Shown piece by piece: positions 38,793 to 52,964 of a stretch of 64,000 nt of DNA. Positions within the stretch are counted from its first letter, which is position 1; every line of letters starts with the position of its first letter. Below the pieces are notes generated by a model. It searched no databases. It saw only the letters and a program-made list of their open reading frames with translations, and was not told where the DNA came from. This stretch comes from the human T2T-CHM13v2.0 reference genome, Homo sapiens, in assembly GCF_009914755.1 (NCBI RefSeq), contig NC_060935.1, one strand, 5' to 3'. Made by a program: the position numbers and the translations under genes.

Positions 38793-38924
38793 AAAGAATA
38801 ACAGAAAGAACGAACTGACCAGTAGATGAACCACTGGTCATAGAGCCTTAGAGCCTAATGGTGTTGATGGAAGAAAAGCTCAGATTTACACACACATTCA
38901 TAAGAGCACACATCCTTCCCTCAC

Positions 38925-39058
38925 AGCTCTCAGAAGGAAACAATCCTGTTGACATCTTGATTTCAGACTTCCAGCCTCCAGAACCGTGACAGAATAGATT
39001 CCTGTTAAGTCGTCCTGTTTGGGGTACTTTGTGATGGCAGCCCTAGCAAACTAATACA
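38925..39058 (+). mobile_element. MLT1 LTR 3' fragment
   Basis: gacatcttgatttcagacttccagcctccagaaccgtga...gcagccctagcaaactaataca. Confidence 0.75.
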
Positions 39059-39749
39059 TGCACCTTCCCCCGATACAAGCCAGCAGCCCCAATCTCCTCT
39101 GTTTCGGATCTTCCACGCACAGTCAGCTCTGTTCCTAAGCCTTCAGCATCTTATTGCTAGAAGGTGACAGAGGGGTGGTCAGTGGGGAGGTGCTGGTACA
39201 TTCCAAAGGATGTGGAGCCACAGGGACCAGAACAGCGTCTCTTGGCTGAGCCAGGCTCTGGCACTCCAGCCCCGTACACATTCTAGTCACTGAAGGTTTG
39301 GGTGGGGCATGTTATCTGTGGATTACCATTTCCTGGCACCCTGGGGGTGGTGTGGTCATGCCAGGCCCTGAGTGCTCCCAGGATGAACAGATGGTATAAT
39401 TTGTGAGATAAACAAATAATCCTCTCCTGGATGTGGGGCTGTTCCCAGAACCCACGGGTGGGGAGGCAGCTTGGCCCAGGCACCCTCCTGAGCAGAGGTG
39501 GTCCTCTGGTAAAGAGTCAGCAGTGTGGGTGAAGTGGCCAAGGTCCTGGTTCACCCAGGGCTAGGGGTATCCTGGGATGCAGGACTTGCAGTGCCAACAC
39601 TGGGAGAGTCCAGGCACAGTTCCCCATTCCCCACTGGGCCCCCACACTCCCCTCTACAGGCTCTGTCGCTGCACTTGCCATAATGCTGGGTCACAAGTCA
39701 AGACCATATGGCACAAGTGCATCTGGGGCCATGTAGGGCTGAGACAGGC

Positions 39750-39910
39750 TTTTGCGCCCACACCTGGGTTCTAATACACGTTCACTTACAAGCTAGGTGA
39801 TCTTGGCCTAATTACTGAGTCTCTCTGGGTCTTATCTGTAAAGTGGGGAACCTCATGAAGTTACTGGACAGATTAAAGGAGATAACAGATGCAACAGTGC
39901 TTAGTGGCCT
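39750..39910. mobile_element. MIR SINE (source of a 44-bp copy at 41747)
   Basis: cctgggttctaat...ttatctgtaaagtgggga...gattaaaggagataaca. Confidence 0.6.
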
Positions 39911-41829
39911 CCACCCACTCTACCCCTAGCGTGGATCTCTATTTGCAGTGCTTAACTCACGGCAGGAGCTCAAAGGATGGCCTCTCCTGAGCTTAAGTGT
40001 GGGCCAATGGGTCTTGTTTGTTAATGAATACATTTCTACTGAAAAGGCCCAGAACATCAGGCTTGAGCCAGTGCCCTTCCCATTACCAACAGCACAACTT
40101 CCTGCTTCATCCTAGAGCCCTCTGCTCTGGAGGGGAAGACAAGAAGAAGGAGGACAGTTGCAATGGAACCAAGAGAGGGCCCAGGATGGGCCAACTACCA
40201 ACAAGGACAAGGAGGCTGCACGGAACAAGAAAAAACAGACACAATTCGATCACCCCTGGGGGCTAGACCCCTGAGCATCCATCACCTCAGCTCGTCCTCA
40301 CACTATCCTGTCTTCCACAGTAAGCAAGAGAAGCCCCATTTGACAGATGAGGAAACTGAGACAGTACAATGAAGTCACTTGCCAAAATCAGAAGTGGCAG
40401 AGCTACACTCAAGCCAAGTTCTGCTCAACTGCAACCCAGTGCTCTGTGGAGCTCTCTCTGGGAGTGGTTGGGCTGGGTCGGGACCCCAGCCAGGGGGCAG
40501 GAGGTGGCAGTGTGAGGCAGGAGGGAACTCTGGAACTCTCAGGGAGGTGGAGCACTGCCAGCTGTGCCTGCTGCAGGAGGGCAGGGTCCACAAGGCTGGC
40601 CCTGGCACAAGGTGACTGGAGGATTAGCAACAGTGCCCTGAGGAAGAGCAGCAGGAAGCTTCCCTTTTATCCTACAGGATTCCCAAGTCAGGTTTTCCCC
40701 ATTCCTGAGAGTCCTTTTTTGACCTTAAAACCAGGCCAGTCGCAGGAGCCTGTAAGATGCACATTTGTCTGGAACGCAGCAGGGCGCCTCCAGTCTTTCC
40801 TGGATGCTACACTGGAAACTCTCAGCCAGCTCAGGGGGTGGGGGCCCCAAACCTCACTGAGGGGCTCTAGCCTGACCCGCTGCAGAGACTGCCCTGTGGA
40901 AAAACCCAGGCAGGAGCCAGGAGCCCATCAGTGCCAGCTATTATTATTCTAAAGTGCCAATGTCTGCAAAGGCCTGGCTCGCCTGGGGCTGCTCCCACCA
41001 ATTTTCTTCCCCCAAGTCACACTGCCCAGGAAAGAGGAAAATGCACCCCCGAGCAGAGCTTGGCACCCCAGGGTATGGAGAACACTGCTCCTAACCCTTT
41101 AGTGCCTGTCATGCCTTCCTTAATCAGGAAAGAGTCCTGGAGTTCTCTCTCTCCTCCTATCCTCCCTCTTCTCCTTCCAATATATACAGACAGCTCCCAC
41201 CTCCAGAGCTCCTCTGGGAGCCTTCTCTCTTTGTCGGTCCCTGGAAAAGCTTGTTCCTTCCTCCAGGAATCTTGTCCTGCTGCCAGGCCACCGAGAGCCA
41301 GCCCTCCACACACAGAGCCTCCCAACATTCTTTCAGCCTGAGTGGCATTTCCTCTGGAGAAGTTAGACGCATATTTAACTCCAAAGGAAGCAGCTTGTCT
41401 CTACTCATCCAAGTGCCTGTCATCCCACCTGGGTTGGCAGCCGTTGGGAGAGCCCTCTCTACCCACTCCCCCCAACACTTCTCCGGGGACTTAGGGTCTC
41501 CACAGCCCCGACCACCTATCCAAAGGCACGCTGTGTGGGTGGAGCCACTGAGCCTGGCCGGGGTCTATTCCCCAGACACACCGAGTCCACAGTTAGCACT
41601 CCATATGCAGAAGATCAGGAGGCTGATGGGCATTTCAGGCCCAAATGCACTGACAAGTCCAGCAGCACTTCCAGGTCTCCCAGACCCGCTGCCTCCTCCA
41701 TGGCTCCTTATTCCACTTGCATGGGACCTCTTTGTTTAGGGGCCTCAAAGTGGGGAACCTCATGAGGTTATTGGACAGATTAAAGGAGATTTAGCCAAAT
41801 TTAGCAAATAATTTAGCTGAATTTTATTT

Positions 41830-41995
41830 GTCAGATTTAGCAAATAAAATTATAGGATGCCCAGCCATAGTTGAATCTCAGATAAACAATGAATAATATT
41901 TTCATACAGTATGCCTCAATTATTACATGGGACACACTCATACCAAAAATTATTTTAGATTCTATAGGGTGTCTTGTATTTTATGTGCCAATCCG
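41830..41995. mobile_element. hAT MITE (MER53-like)
   Basis: cagatttagcaaataaaattataggatgccc...cagataaacaatgaataat...gggtgtcttgtattttatgtgccaatcc with terminal inverted similarity. Confidence 0.65.
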
Positions 41996-42255
41996 ATCAA
42001 TGTGAAGATTCAACAGGTGCATTTCTTGGAAGAGAGAAAGTGGGGTTGGCCTTGAGCAGGAGAAGGTTGAGAAGGAAGGGCTGGTGGCCACAGAAAGAGA
42101 GGTGGCCTCAAAGACATCCATGAAGATAAGCCAACAAGGACATCAGGGTGCCTGCTCCTGACCCCACTCCAGGGAGGAGGCTGGGAAGCACTGCCCTTCC
42201 TCCCCGTACCCACTCACGACCCCAGATTCTGGCCTGTGCTTCAGGGGCTTTGTGA

Positions 42256-42850
<595 letters not shown>

Positions 42851-44939
42851 GCTCTCCTGCTAGGTCAGGCAGCAGATGGGGTCCGGGATCCAAAAAGATG
42901 GCCAGGCTGAGTATCCCACGGTAACAAGAGCAGCTACAGAGGTGGGGAACAGGTTCACCGACGCAAGGAAAGGCATGAATCACAACAGCGAGAACCTCAG
43001 ACTCTCCCCAGCCTGACTTTTCCCATCCATTCAGGGGCCTTGGCCTTTGTTTCCCAACCCGCAGGGAGCTCCAACTGTCCTACCCTTGTGTCAGGAAATG
43101 GAGGCTGGGCGGGGAAGCCTTGGCAGGAGCAGCCCCCTGACAGCTGCTGCTGTATCTGCTCAGGGCCCACAGGCCTTTCAGCTGCTCCAAACTCCAGGCT
43201 GCAAACCCCGCGGGACCTACAGCGTCTGGATGCAGAGCAGGAGAGCCAGCCCAGGTCAGTGTGAAGTCCCCCATGTGACTCCGGGAGAAATGCTTCCGGT
43301 CACAGGCGGGTAGCCAAGTTCTCACCAGGTTCTCAGGAACTGAATCCGGATGTGGATCCCAGGAGATAAGTGCCAGAGAGAAAGGAAGCTGGCTTCACTC
43401 CTAACTCTACCCTCCTGAGAAGTCTCTATTCCTGCCCAGCTCCTGCTAAGGCCAGGAAGTTGGTGAGGAGGGACTCTGGTGGTTTGGGGCTCACTGTCCT
43501 GGGGTTTCCTCACAGGCAGAGAAGGGCCTTTGCTACCCTCACAGATGCTCCCACCAAGTCATACCTCATCCTATGCACAATGTGGCAGCAAGGAGGCCAG
43601 CGTCCAGCCACCAGCCTGCCTCCCTCTCCACCAGACTCCTTTCTGCAGCTCCAGTTATCTGCCTAAAACACAAACTTGATTATGCACGTCCCTGATCATA
43701 ATTGTTCAGAAAGCTGCTCCAGCCGAGGGGCCCTGGAGAAGGCTGAGGGTTGCACAAATTCAGTCAACACATAATCGGAGGAGACAGCCTGCCTTCCAGG
43801 CCCTGGGAACAGTCAGCCCGCATCTGTGATTCTGACATCATAAAAGAATGTGACAAGGAGAGAGGGAGTGAACAAAAGGTGTGTCCCAGTGACCCGGGGA
43901 GAGGGAGGCCTGGAGCTCCGTGGCAGCTCTCTGCTCTGACTACACCAGGCACCCGGGAACCCATGACTTCCCTTCAACAATCTCAAGCTCCCTCGGCTCT
44001 AATTCTCACTCACCCAGCAACCTACAGAAAACCAAACTTGCCCCCCAGGACCCTGACACCACATAGGGAGCATCCCGGATGGGGGTCCCCACATGGAAAG
44101 AGATGTTCCTCAACCCTGCAAATTAATAGGCTGTGCTTTTGGTTTACACATTAGTGAGGTCAGAATTTAGTTAGCAAGATTGCTGAGCAGGTCCGGTCTC
44201 TGAATCTGCAGGGCTTACGGGTTCTGGACTCTCACAGACTGACCAAGGTCATGAGTTCCTGTAAGACTGTCACCCTGAGCACATTCTACCTCACAACTGA
44301 CTGTCTCCACCTACTCCAGCAACCATGACCTGGAGTCCAAACTGCATGGTATACAGAGCTCTTATTGGTCAGCTCCCAACCTGTTTTCCAGCCTGATTTT
44401 TCTGACCTCCCTAGGACCCAGATTTTTGGCCCATGCTTTTAGAATGCCCTTACCTCCCTTATCTGTCAATTAATCTTTAGGGAGCAGCACAGATGTCTCC
44501 TCCTCAAGGAAGCCTTCCCAGACTCTCCCACTGGGCAACTAGCGCCTCTCTCCTGGGTGCTCCCCAGTCCTGAGTACCCACCCCAGTTGGGTACTCAGGG
44601 CTGGAGTGATGAAGAGAGGAATAGTTCAGGGTTCAAGGACCAACAGGTGGTTATAAGACATGCCAAGACTCATACTGGGAAAGGCAAGATTCAGATGGGA
44701 GGGCTGTAAGTGCCCACAGTTGGCTTTTCTCTCTGAGGGGTGGTCCTGTCCAGGCGACCCATGGCTGGTTGGTCACTGGTGTCTCCAGGCAACCCAAGGA
44801 GGGAAATGCCTCAGTCCCTAAAGCCCCCAAGACCTGCACTGAAATCACTGGCCTCTTCTCCACCCAGAGCACTCACAGCTTCTTCGACCAAGGGAGTGCT
44901 TCCAGAAACAGAAAATAGCAGGGGGCTGGAAGGCAGCAT

Positions 44940-45380
44940 GCCCAGCCCTCAATCATACCGTCCTCATCCTAGCAGAGCACTTGGCTCTAATGACTCACTT
45001 CTAATGAACTAACTGTGGAGGAAGTAATGCTGCATAACTTCACAGCTGGGTTCTAAGAGGCAACATAGCTTCCATTTGGCTCTTTCCCTTGTCAGGTGCC
45101 TGCCCTTTGAACCAAGCCACCATATTGTGAGGAAGTCCAGGCTACATGGGGAGGCCAACAGCACTGGCTAGGGTTCCAGGCAACAGCCAGGAGCTTGGGT
45201 GAAAAGAGCCTCTAGATGGCTCCAGCGCTGGACATTGAGTACCCTGGCTTCAAGTCAGAGGTCTCAGGCATTACGGAGCAGAGACAAACCATCCCCATGG
45301 TACCTGTCCAAGTTCCTAACCCACAGAATCCAGGAACATAATAAACGGTTGTTTTATACTGCTAAGTTTGGGTAACAGAT
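44940..45380 (+). mobile_element. Old MLT1-family LTR
   Basis: gccaccatattgtgaggaagtccag...cccacagaatc...aataaacggttgttttatactgctaagtttggg. Confidence 0.65.
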
Positions 45381-47985
45381 GCCCAGAACACGGTGCATCC
45401 AAACTCACCCTCTGCCTTGCCAGCCTTCCTGCTGGGCACTTTGAAGGTGATGATCTCAGAGCTTGGCAGGTATCACCAATGCTTACGGGGCTGGGGGTGG
45501 GGCTGCTCCCCTGCAGCAAGGCTAACCAGAAGCATAATCATGGTGGGGTTTGTGCCCTCAGCAATCACACACAGCCGTCTAGAGAAAAAAGGCCTGTTTC
45601 ATATCCCTCTGCCTTAGCCTTCTCTCTATGCCTCCACTTTATAGCCCCATGACTGATGTCAGCAACTTTTCCATCTCTACTTTGACCCTGCCTGGCCTTG
45701 GCTAGGACCCCTGGGCCTTCTTGGTTGCTCTCCAGGCCAAACAGGTTTATATTATCATCCATGGCTAGGCAGCTCCCCCACCCCCAGCAGAGTTAGCATT
45801 CCTATGAACCTGAGGACTTTTCATAAGATATCTGTCCTTGTGGATGTCCTGGTCTCTGGATCAGCTGCTGCAGGTGCTCCCCATGGTCCTGGTTGGTCTC
45901 TGAGGAAAGCACCACCCCCATTCCCAGCATTGCCCCCGGTGATGCTGGAAGTCCATGGTGAGGGCCTCTTTTAAAAAATAAGCGTTCTGGGCAATGAACA
46001 GCAGACATCTGGAGCTGCCTCTGGGGAGTGCTGTGGGCGCTCCAGGGTAGTCGGAGTCACGGGGGCTCCCTAATCACCATGTGTCAGGGGCGTGGGGACA
46101 GTCCTCCTGAAAGAAACACTGGAGGAGAGAGGTCTGGGGAATCATAACAAGCCCTCCTAGGGGAGATGACAGGCCCTGCTGGGTAAAGGGTCTGGGTGAC
46201 ACGTCAGGTCTCCTAGGAGTTGGCAAGTTGGCAGAAACATGTCCCACCAGCTTCCCCGTGGCGCTGTCTGAAGGGTGGTACCTGCTCTACCCCAGCCTCT
46301 CCAGACACTCAGCTACCTCCACAAATCTCCATCATCTTTTCCTCCTTTTCTGGCTTCAGGGTGCAAATAGCACTCTGGCTCATGCTTCATCCATATCCTG
46401 CATCTCCTAGTCTCCAGTCTCAGCCACTTTTTGGGACACACCAGAATTGGCGGACCTCTCAGAGCTGACATCTGCCCCAGGCTAATAGTGTTCAGCCGTG
46501 GAGGGTAGCAGCGCCCGGCCGTGGCCACAGAGTTCTGGGCCTTCCCGCTTCCATGGGCCAGGGAGAGCACAGCCAGTCCTCGGGCCACAAGTGAGGACGA
46601 TGTCCCGCCACAACCATGGTGAGCAGGGTCCATACAGGGCCTCCTGGGGTGGCCAGAGCTTGTATCTCTTCCCTCAGAAAACTCCTCTGGAGGCCCTAAT
46701 GAAATCCCCTTTCTCTCAAACACGGCAATTAATGGGATTAAGTTTAGAGTGAATCTCATGATTTACCTGCACCCAGATAAGCCTAGGACTGTTCACGGGA
46801 TTGGTTGTGCTATTCCTTCATTCATGCAAGGGAAGGAATGATGCAGGGGATGAGGGCTAGGAATTGGGCAGGATTCAGGGACAGGGTGGAAGCGCATGCT
46901 TCTGTTTTTCAGTAATTACAAAAAGCCAAGCAGGCTCTGATAGTGTCCTCACTGCCCAGCCTCATTTTGATCACATTCAGGACACTACCCCGTCCTTGGG
47001 GATGGATAGAGTTTCTCCAGATTGACTCAATTGGTTTCTTGTTTGCCCTTTTTAGATGAGTCAGTGAGCTGACTTGGCCTAGCTCAGTCTCTTAAATTTG
47101 GTTTTCCTTTGCCTTGGGAAGAAAGTAATAAATGTGCCAAGTCCCTCCACACTCTCAGCACTTGGAGATAGCACCTATGCAAGAGCTGGTTCCTCAGGAG
47201 ACAGTGCTTCTGAGACACAGTCCCTAGGCACATGGACTTGAGAGAACTGGGAGGTGACAAAAACTGCATCATATTTTGTATTTTCTCTGTCCATCCCAAA
47301 GGCTTAGGGCTGGAGCCTTCGGTGGGGCAGGTGAAATCTCTCAAGAAGAACAAGGTTCCAGGGGCTGTGACCTGTAATCCCTCCTGACATATCACAAGTC
47401 TCCACTGGATGTCATGTCTGCATCCTCCAGCTATGCCATGGGTAAGACAGGCTGCAGAGGGAGAAGGGAGTCAGAGGATGCTTCACGCAGCAGTTCAGGC
47501 TGCCAAGCTGCAGCCACAGGACAGAGGCCTTCTCCACCGAAGATCAGCCTTGGCTGCAGTTGTGGGCAGCAGGAGTCAGTGCAGGCCCCTATCTGGGCTA
47601 CGCTGCTGTCAAATGGTCCATCTGGGAGATGCCCCAGGATGAGCTGGGCACTCCTACATCTGAGACAGAGCCCAGGCCCAGCATTTTCCAGACCAACCCC
47701 CGACCCAATGCCTATACAACAATGCTGGTAATCAGAATCTTCTCAACCTTCAGTTTCTTCAAAATGGCTCTTCATAGTCTTTAGGATTCAAACCACCTGA
47801 ATGGGGAAGCTGGCATGATTCGAGGAACCTCAAGGTTAAGTCTTATCTACAATGGTGGGGATGTCACTCCAATGAAGGCAACAGACAGATCCTTCTACAG
47901 CCTCCCTGCTGCCCACTAGGCCATGTCTGTCTCTGTGACGAGGAGTGACTAGGAGGTCCCAGTGTGGACACTGGCCTTTTTAAAA

Positions 47986-48430
47986 TAAGGGGTCTTAACT
48001 TTTTTTGTACTAGGGACCCCTTTAACACCTAGATGAAGCCTGTTCTCCTGTTCTCAGTATAACAGAGTTAGATGAATAAAGGTAAACATACAGGATTACA
48101 AAGAAAAATGGTTGTGTTGAAGTCGAGTTATCAAAATATTTTGAGAGACAGTATTTTATGGGCTTCTTATGAACACACTGGATAGCAAGACCTATCGGCA
48201 ACTCTGACAACTCTCTTCATCTCTAAGTGCTGAGCATAAATGCTATTTTAAGATATGTATAACAACAGTAAGAGAAAATAAAAATATTTGTGATTGCTAT
48301 TGGTACGAAGTACTGCAAATATTGTGGTTTGTTGTCCACATTTCAGATTAAAGGAAGTGCTCAATTTAATTTAAAAGTAAGTGAAAATAAAAACGCATTA
48401 CTTTTCCCATGAGTTGTATCCAGATTAAGA
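47986..48430. mobile_element. hAT-Charlie-family DNA transposon relic
   Basis: aggggtcttaactttttttgtactagggacccctt at the left end and cagattaagaa at the right end. Confidence 0.55.
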
Positions 48431-49249
48431 AAATAATTCTGCTGTATGCCCAAGCTGAACAACCACTGCTTCAGTGTCCCTAATCCATTGCCCTCTTTAT
48501 AAATTCAATTCAAAGAATTTGCTCAATTTCCTTTAAAAAAAAAAAAAAAAGAAAAAGTGAAGAAAATCTAAAGCAGAACAAAACAGAAACCAGTTTGTTT
48601 TCCCCTGGGCAGAAAAAAAGTCACTTCCCCAGCCCCCTGGCAGGGCTGCTGGGTGGGGGACGGCGCCTGGGATTCCCTGCTGAGCCTCTAAGGAGCGTCC
48701 AATCTCCTGCCTTCCAGTCTCTTCCCTGCCCTGAGGAATTATTCTTTCTTTTGCCCCCAACACTACCCACAAAGTTCTTCCACAGTGAGGACGGAAAGGG
48801 GTCTCCCAGAATTTTTTAACTTTTCAAGTTGAATCGTTTATGCTAATGAGCCTGGGAAAAACTTTAATGTTTCAGTGGTGGAAAAACATATGCTTTGACC
48901 TCATTTTGCTCACAAGAGGCCACGTCAAATTTTGCTTCACTTTTGTGGGATGGCAAGAAACGTGGAACTCCAGCTCCAAGGAGGAGGCCATGTGCAGATG
49001 GTCTAGGGAAGGTGGTCTGGGCACACCCAAGTTTCCTGCCCCAGAAACCCTGGAGCCGCCCATCCTCATAATGGTCTTGGTGCTTCCGGCTGGGGCTAGG
49101 AGATTCCTTTGTGCTCCAGCACCAAGGAGCCCGGCCACACCACCAGGGTTGCCCCGGCTCTCCAAGCCAAGACTCAGACAAAAGGCTCTAAAATGACCCG
49201 CTCCCCCGACAGTGAGCTCCCCAAGCTCTCTTCCTCAGTTCTTGCTGGG

Positions 49250-49680
49250 CAAGCCTGGGTAAGTCATTTAACTTCATTGGGTTGCAGTTTCCTCATCTGT
49301 AAAATGGGCATGATAAAACCTAACCAGTTATGTTGTCAGAAAGATTAAGGGTGATAAGTATGACCACATTTCATGGCATGTACCAGACATTCCATTACTA
49401 TTAGTGACCTTCCCACCATCTGATCATTTTGCAAGGCAGTGTTCAGTGCACTAGAAGGAGTCTAGGCTTTGGAGTAAGACAGACTTATTTGGAAATAATT
49501 GTAAATCCCAACTCTGCCACTGACTAGCTGGGTGACCTTGGCAAGTCACTCTGAGCTTTTCACTCCTTATCTTTAACTCAGGGCTAGTACACTGTGTTGT
49601 AGGTGGGTTTGGTAAGAGTGAAGGAAAGTAGCTCATATGAAATGGTCACACAGCATCTGTGTATGTGCTTAATGAATATT
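49250..49680. mobile_element. Two adjacent MIR relics
   Basis: cagtttcctcatctgtaaaatggg and tcccaactctgccactgactagctgggtgaccttggcaagtcact. Confidence 0.7.
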
Positions 49681-52600
49681 TGTTCTCTTTCCTTCCTCTC
49701 ACCTTCCAAATCCCAGCAAAACCATGGGGATGCGGGGAGAGGAGAGCAGCTCTGCACAAGGCAAGCACTGAGTATGACTTCTGGCCTTTGATTTGAACTT
49801 TCTGCTACAGGATGTATGTTCTTTCTGGGGAAGGAGGTCCCCATAGATTTAATCAAAAAGGGAGGACCCTGGAAACAATGGAAAAAGCAAAGGCTACTAG
49901 GAATCTCCTGCTCGTGGGGCTGAGCCTAAGTTCTGCTTGCCAGGCATGAGAAGGATGGAATCTGCTGGCCTCTGCCCACCCCAGCCACCCGGGGACCCCT
50001 GGCCTGGAGGGCAGGCCCCTCCGCCATCTTCAAGCCAGGGTGTTTTTCTATCCTAGCCACTACTCTTTTGTTCCTGCCTCCTTTCTGGGAGGCCCTGAAT
50101 TATGAGACTATGGAAAATTCAGGCTGTTTTCCCTGTGGCTGTATTTTCCACATCGCATCACTGAAATGTGTCAATGGCCAACCTCTTCAGACACGGGAGC
50201 ATGCCACCCACTTAAAATGCCCCTCTACTGGTTTAGAATGTTCCTTTTCAGCAGCAGCAAGTCTGACACCCCATCAGTGGTGAGAACAAAAGAAAGTAGG
50301 TGTGAGATTCCACAGTTTCCTAACCATCTTCCACTGATATCTTCTCCCCTGAGCCCAAGGAGCTCTGCCATCCCTGGGAGAGGAAAACCATACAGTTGTC
50401 CTTTTGTGATGTTGGTTTTCCATCTGAGGCCTTTGGAAGGGGGAGGGGCTCAATGACTCTTGATGTTAATGACACAAGCTGTAACCCGGGAATGGAAGGC
50501 TGGGGATCAAAACAACTCAACATTATGGCTGCAAACCACCATGACTTTATTAGAAATATATCTTTTAATTGAAATGGCCAAAATTTACAACTGGGTTCAT
50601 ATTCCAGTTCTACCATTTTACCGTCTGCCATGACTTGCGGAATTTAACTTCTTTAAACTCCAGTGCCCTCATCTATAAAATAATATTATATCTACTTCAT
50701 AGTGTTTTAAGAATTAGAAAACACGTAAAACACTGGGTATACAGCCCAGCAAACAGTAGGTGTCCAACAATGTAGATGAATGAACAAAGGCAAGAAAAAC
50801 AGAGGTTCATTTTTTAAACAAATCAGACTCATTTACATACTTACAGCTCTTTACAGAATCTTACCTTCAAGGAATTTTACTTCCGTTTCTATTCCCCAAT
50901 TTGCAACTAGGTCACACAGCTTTCATCTACTAAGTATGTATTCAACTACTCAACCCCTATCCATGTCCAGCACAGACACAGGGATACGGAGGTGGCACAC
51001 AACAGGTGAAATCCCTGCCTCCCCAGAGTTCAGTCTTCAGACAATCCTTTATGAACTTCTAAATTTTTTCCCTGGGCCTGAGAACACCCTTTCCCAGCTG
51101 GTCTTCACCATCTTTCTCAGCATTAGGTGGCCCATCCTCTCAATTATTAATTTTTTGAGATATGATAAAAACAAGGGCACCAAGACCCTGCTTCCTGAAA
51201 AAGGAAATTCCATGTCCACCATGCACTAAAAACTGAACCGAACTGGAAATAAGTTTCCAGATCTGATGGCTGCATGATTTGGAGAAAACTACATCCCTCC
51301 CATCTCTGATTTCTCATCTGTAAAACAGGAGGTTTGGTCTGAAGCAGGGGTGGAACACAGGTTTCAAGGATAGTCCTTTCCCAACTGTCAGTTGCTGCTT
51401 GGAAGTGCTGTGCTGCCTCAAGTGCTGAGGCTATCTGGGCTCATAAGGAAACAACTCTGCAATTGATTAGCAATGTCTGCCATGTGCCCGGAGGTGGGGT
51501 ATGGCAGTGGATGGGCCACATGTGTTCCTTCCTGGTTCAGAGGAGTTCAGGGGACCCTGTGAATTCTACCATTTATAATTGTGTGACTCAGTGATATACT
51601 GTTTTACTTTATCTTTGGCATGAGGCCTGTCTTTACACAAATAGCTTTTTCATCTGTTTGGTCTAGCACCTTAGCCACCATCATCTTTCAGAAGCCTTCT
51701 CAGTTACTCTTTCAAAGCAACAGCAACCTTACAACAAAATAAACATATTTACTGATTCATCACACTCAAATTCAGTAAACTACTGCTTCCTGCCACAAGG
51801 GGTCCAGGAAATTAGGTCAGAAAGGAGAATTTACACTTATTCAGCATCTATTAAACACCATTCTCCAGACATGGCCTCCTACTTGTAAAATACCCTCCTC
51901 GGGCAGTCATTAAATCCTCTTTTCACAGAGCAGCAACCAATGCTCAGAGCCATGAGGGAAGTTTCCCCAGAAGCAGGGATTTCAACTTGCAGCAGTTTGG
52001 ATTCCAAATTCTACCACTATGCTCCCCTAAAACGTACCCAAATATCTTGTTTATTCTTTCTCTTCCAGGAGGTGGAGGTGAAAAATGAAACTGACAGTAG
52101 ACAGAGCAATGAGATCTGAACAAACATTTAGATGACTCAATCTCCATCCGTCATTTTTCCCATAGTCTGCTGGGGATGTGACCAAGAGTAGAGGTTTCCT
52201 GCCTGATTGGAGAGACCAGCTCATTTATTAGATTCGGGGGCATGACTGTGAATTCCCTGGGAGCATTAAACATGTCCTTCTGCATTCCCCGCTTCCCATC
52301 CTGACCCACTTCCCTTCCACTGCTCCGGGCTCTGACCCTGGAAGAGGAGACGGTGTGACTGGGGCCTCTGTTGGCACTGTCCCCTGGCCTACCTCCCGGG
52401 AAGCCCTCGCTACCACAGGTGGGAATTGATAAACAACCATCATCACCACAAAACCTCCTTGGAGGCCTGAGTCCCCCATAGGACCTCTTGGGAGTCTGGA
52501 GCCCCTTTACAGGGAAGTGGGAGGCCCCTCATGCCTCTGGGGAGTCTTTGAGGACACCATGGAGGGGTAAGGGTGGGGCTCATAAAGGAGGGTGTGGAGT

Positions 52601-52964
52601 GGGTGTTAATTCCTGAATGGTCAAGGAAATCACATCTCTGGATCCCCACAATCTCCAAGATGCAGCCTGAGCCTGCATACGCCCAGGCCTAGGGAAAGTT
52701 TTCAGCATGTTGGCTACAGACCAGGGTGAGGGGTGAGAAACTCAGGTCAGTGGCATCAGTTAAGCTTTAAAAACACTCCCTGAGACTATGGCTGCCACAC
52801 TGCAGAGGCAACCGCTGGAAACAGAGTTGGGGAACGCACTGCCTTATCCAAGGACAGCAGGGGCCAGGAATTTTGAGACAGTCCTTCAGCTTACATTGGG
52901 CACTTATGTCCTCTAGTGCCTACAGTCATGAAGACTGAAAGGTTGAAAAAAAAACTTCTACCTT

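Noticed and set aside
40347-40952. 201-aa + strand ORF and neighbouring 100-170 aa ORFs in 32-47 kb
   Set aside because: Starts in MIR-like sequence; overlapping open frames on both strands are expected in GC-rich intron; no homology recognised.
44877-44898. Possible 22-nt DKK3 microexon (ag...gtgagt on the - strand)
   Set aside because: Frameshifting length, weak AAG acceptor and adjacent to an LTR relic; no other support.
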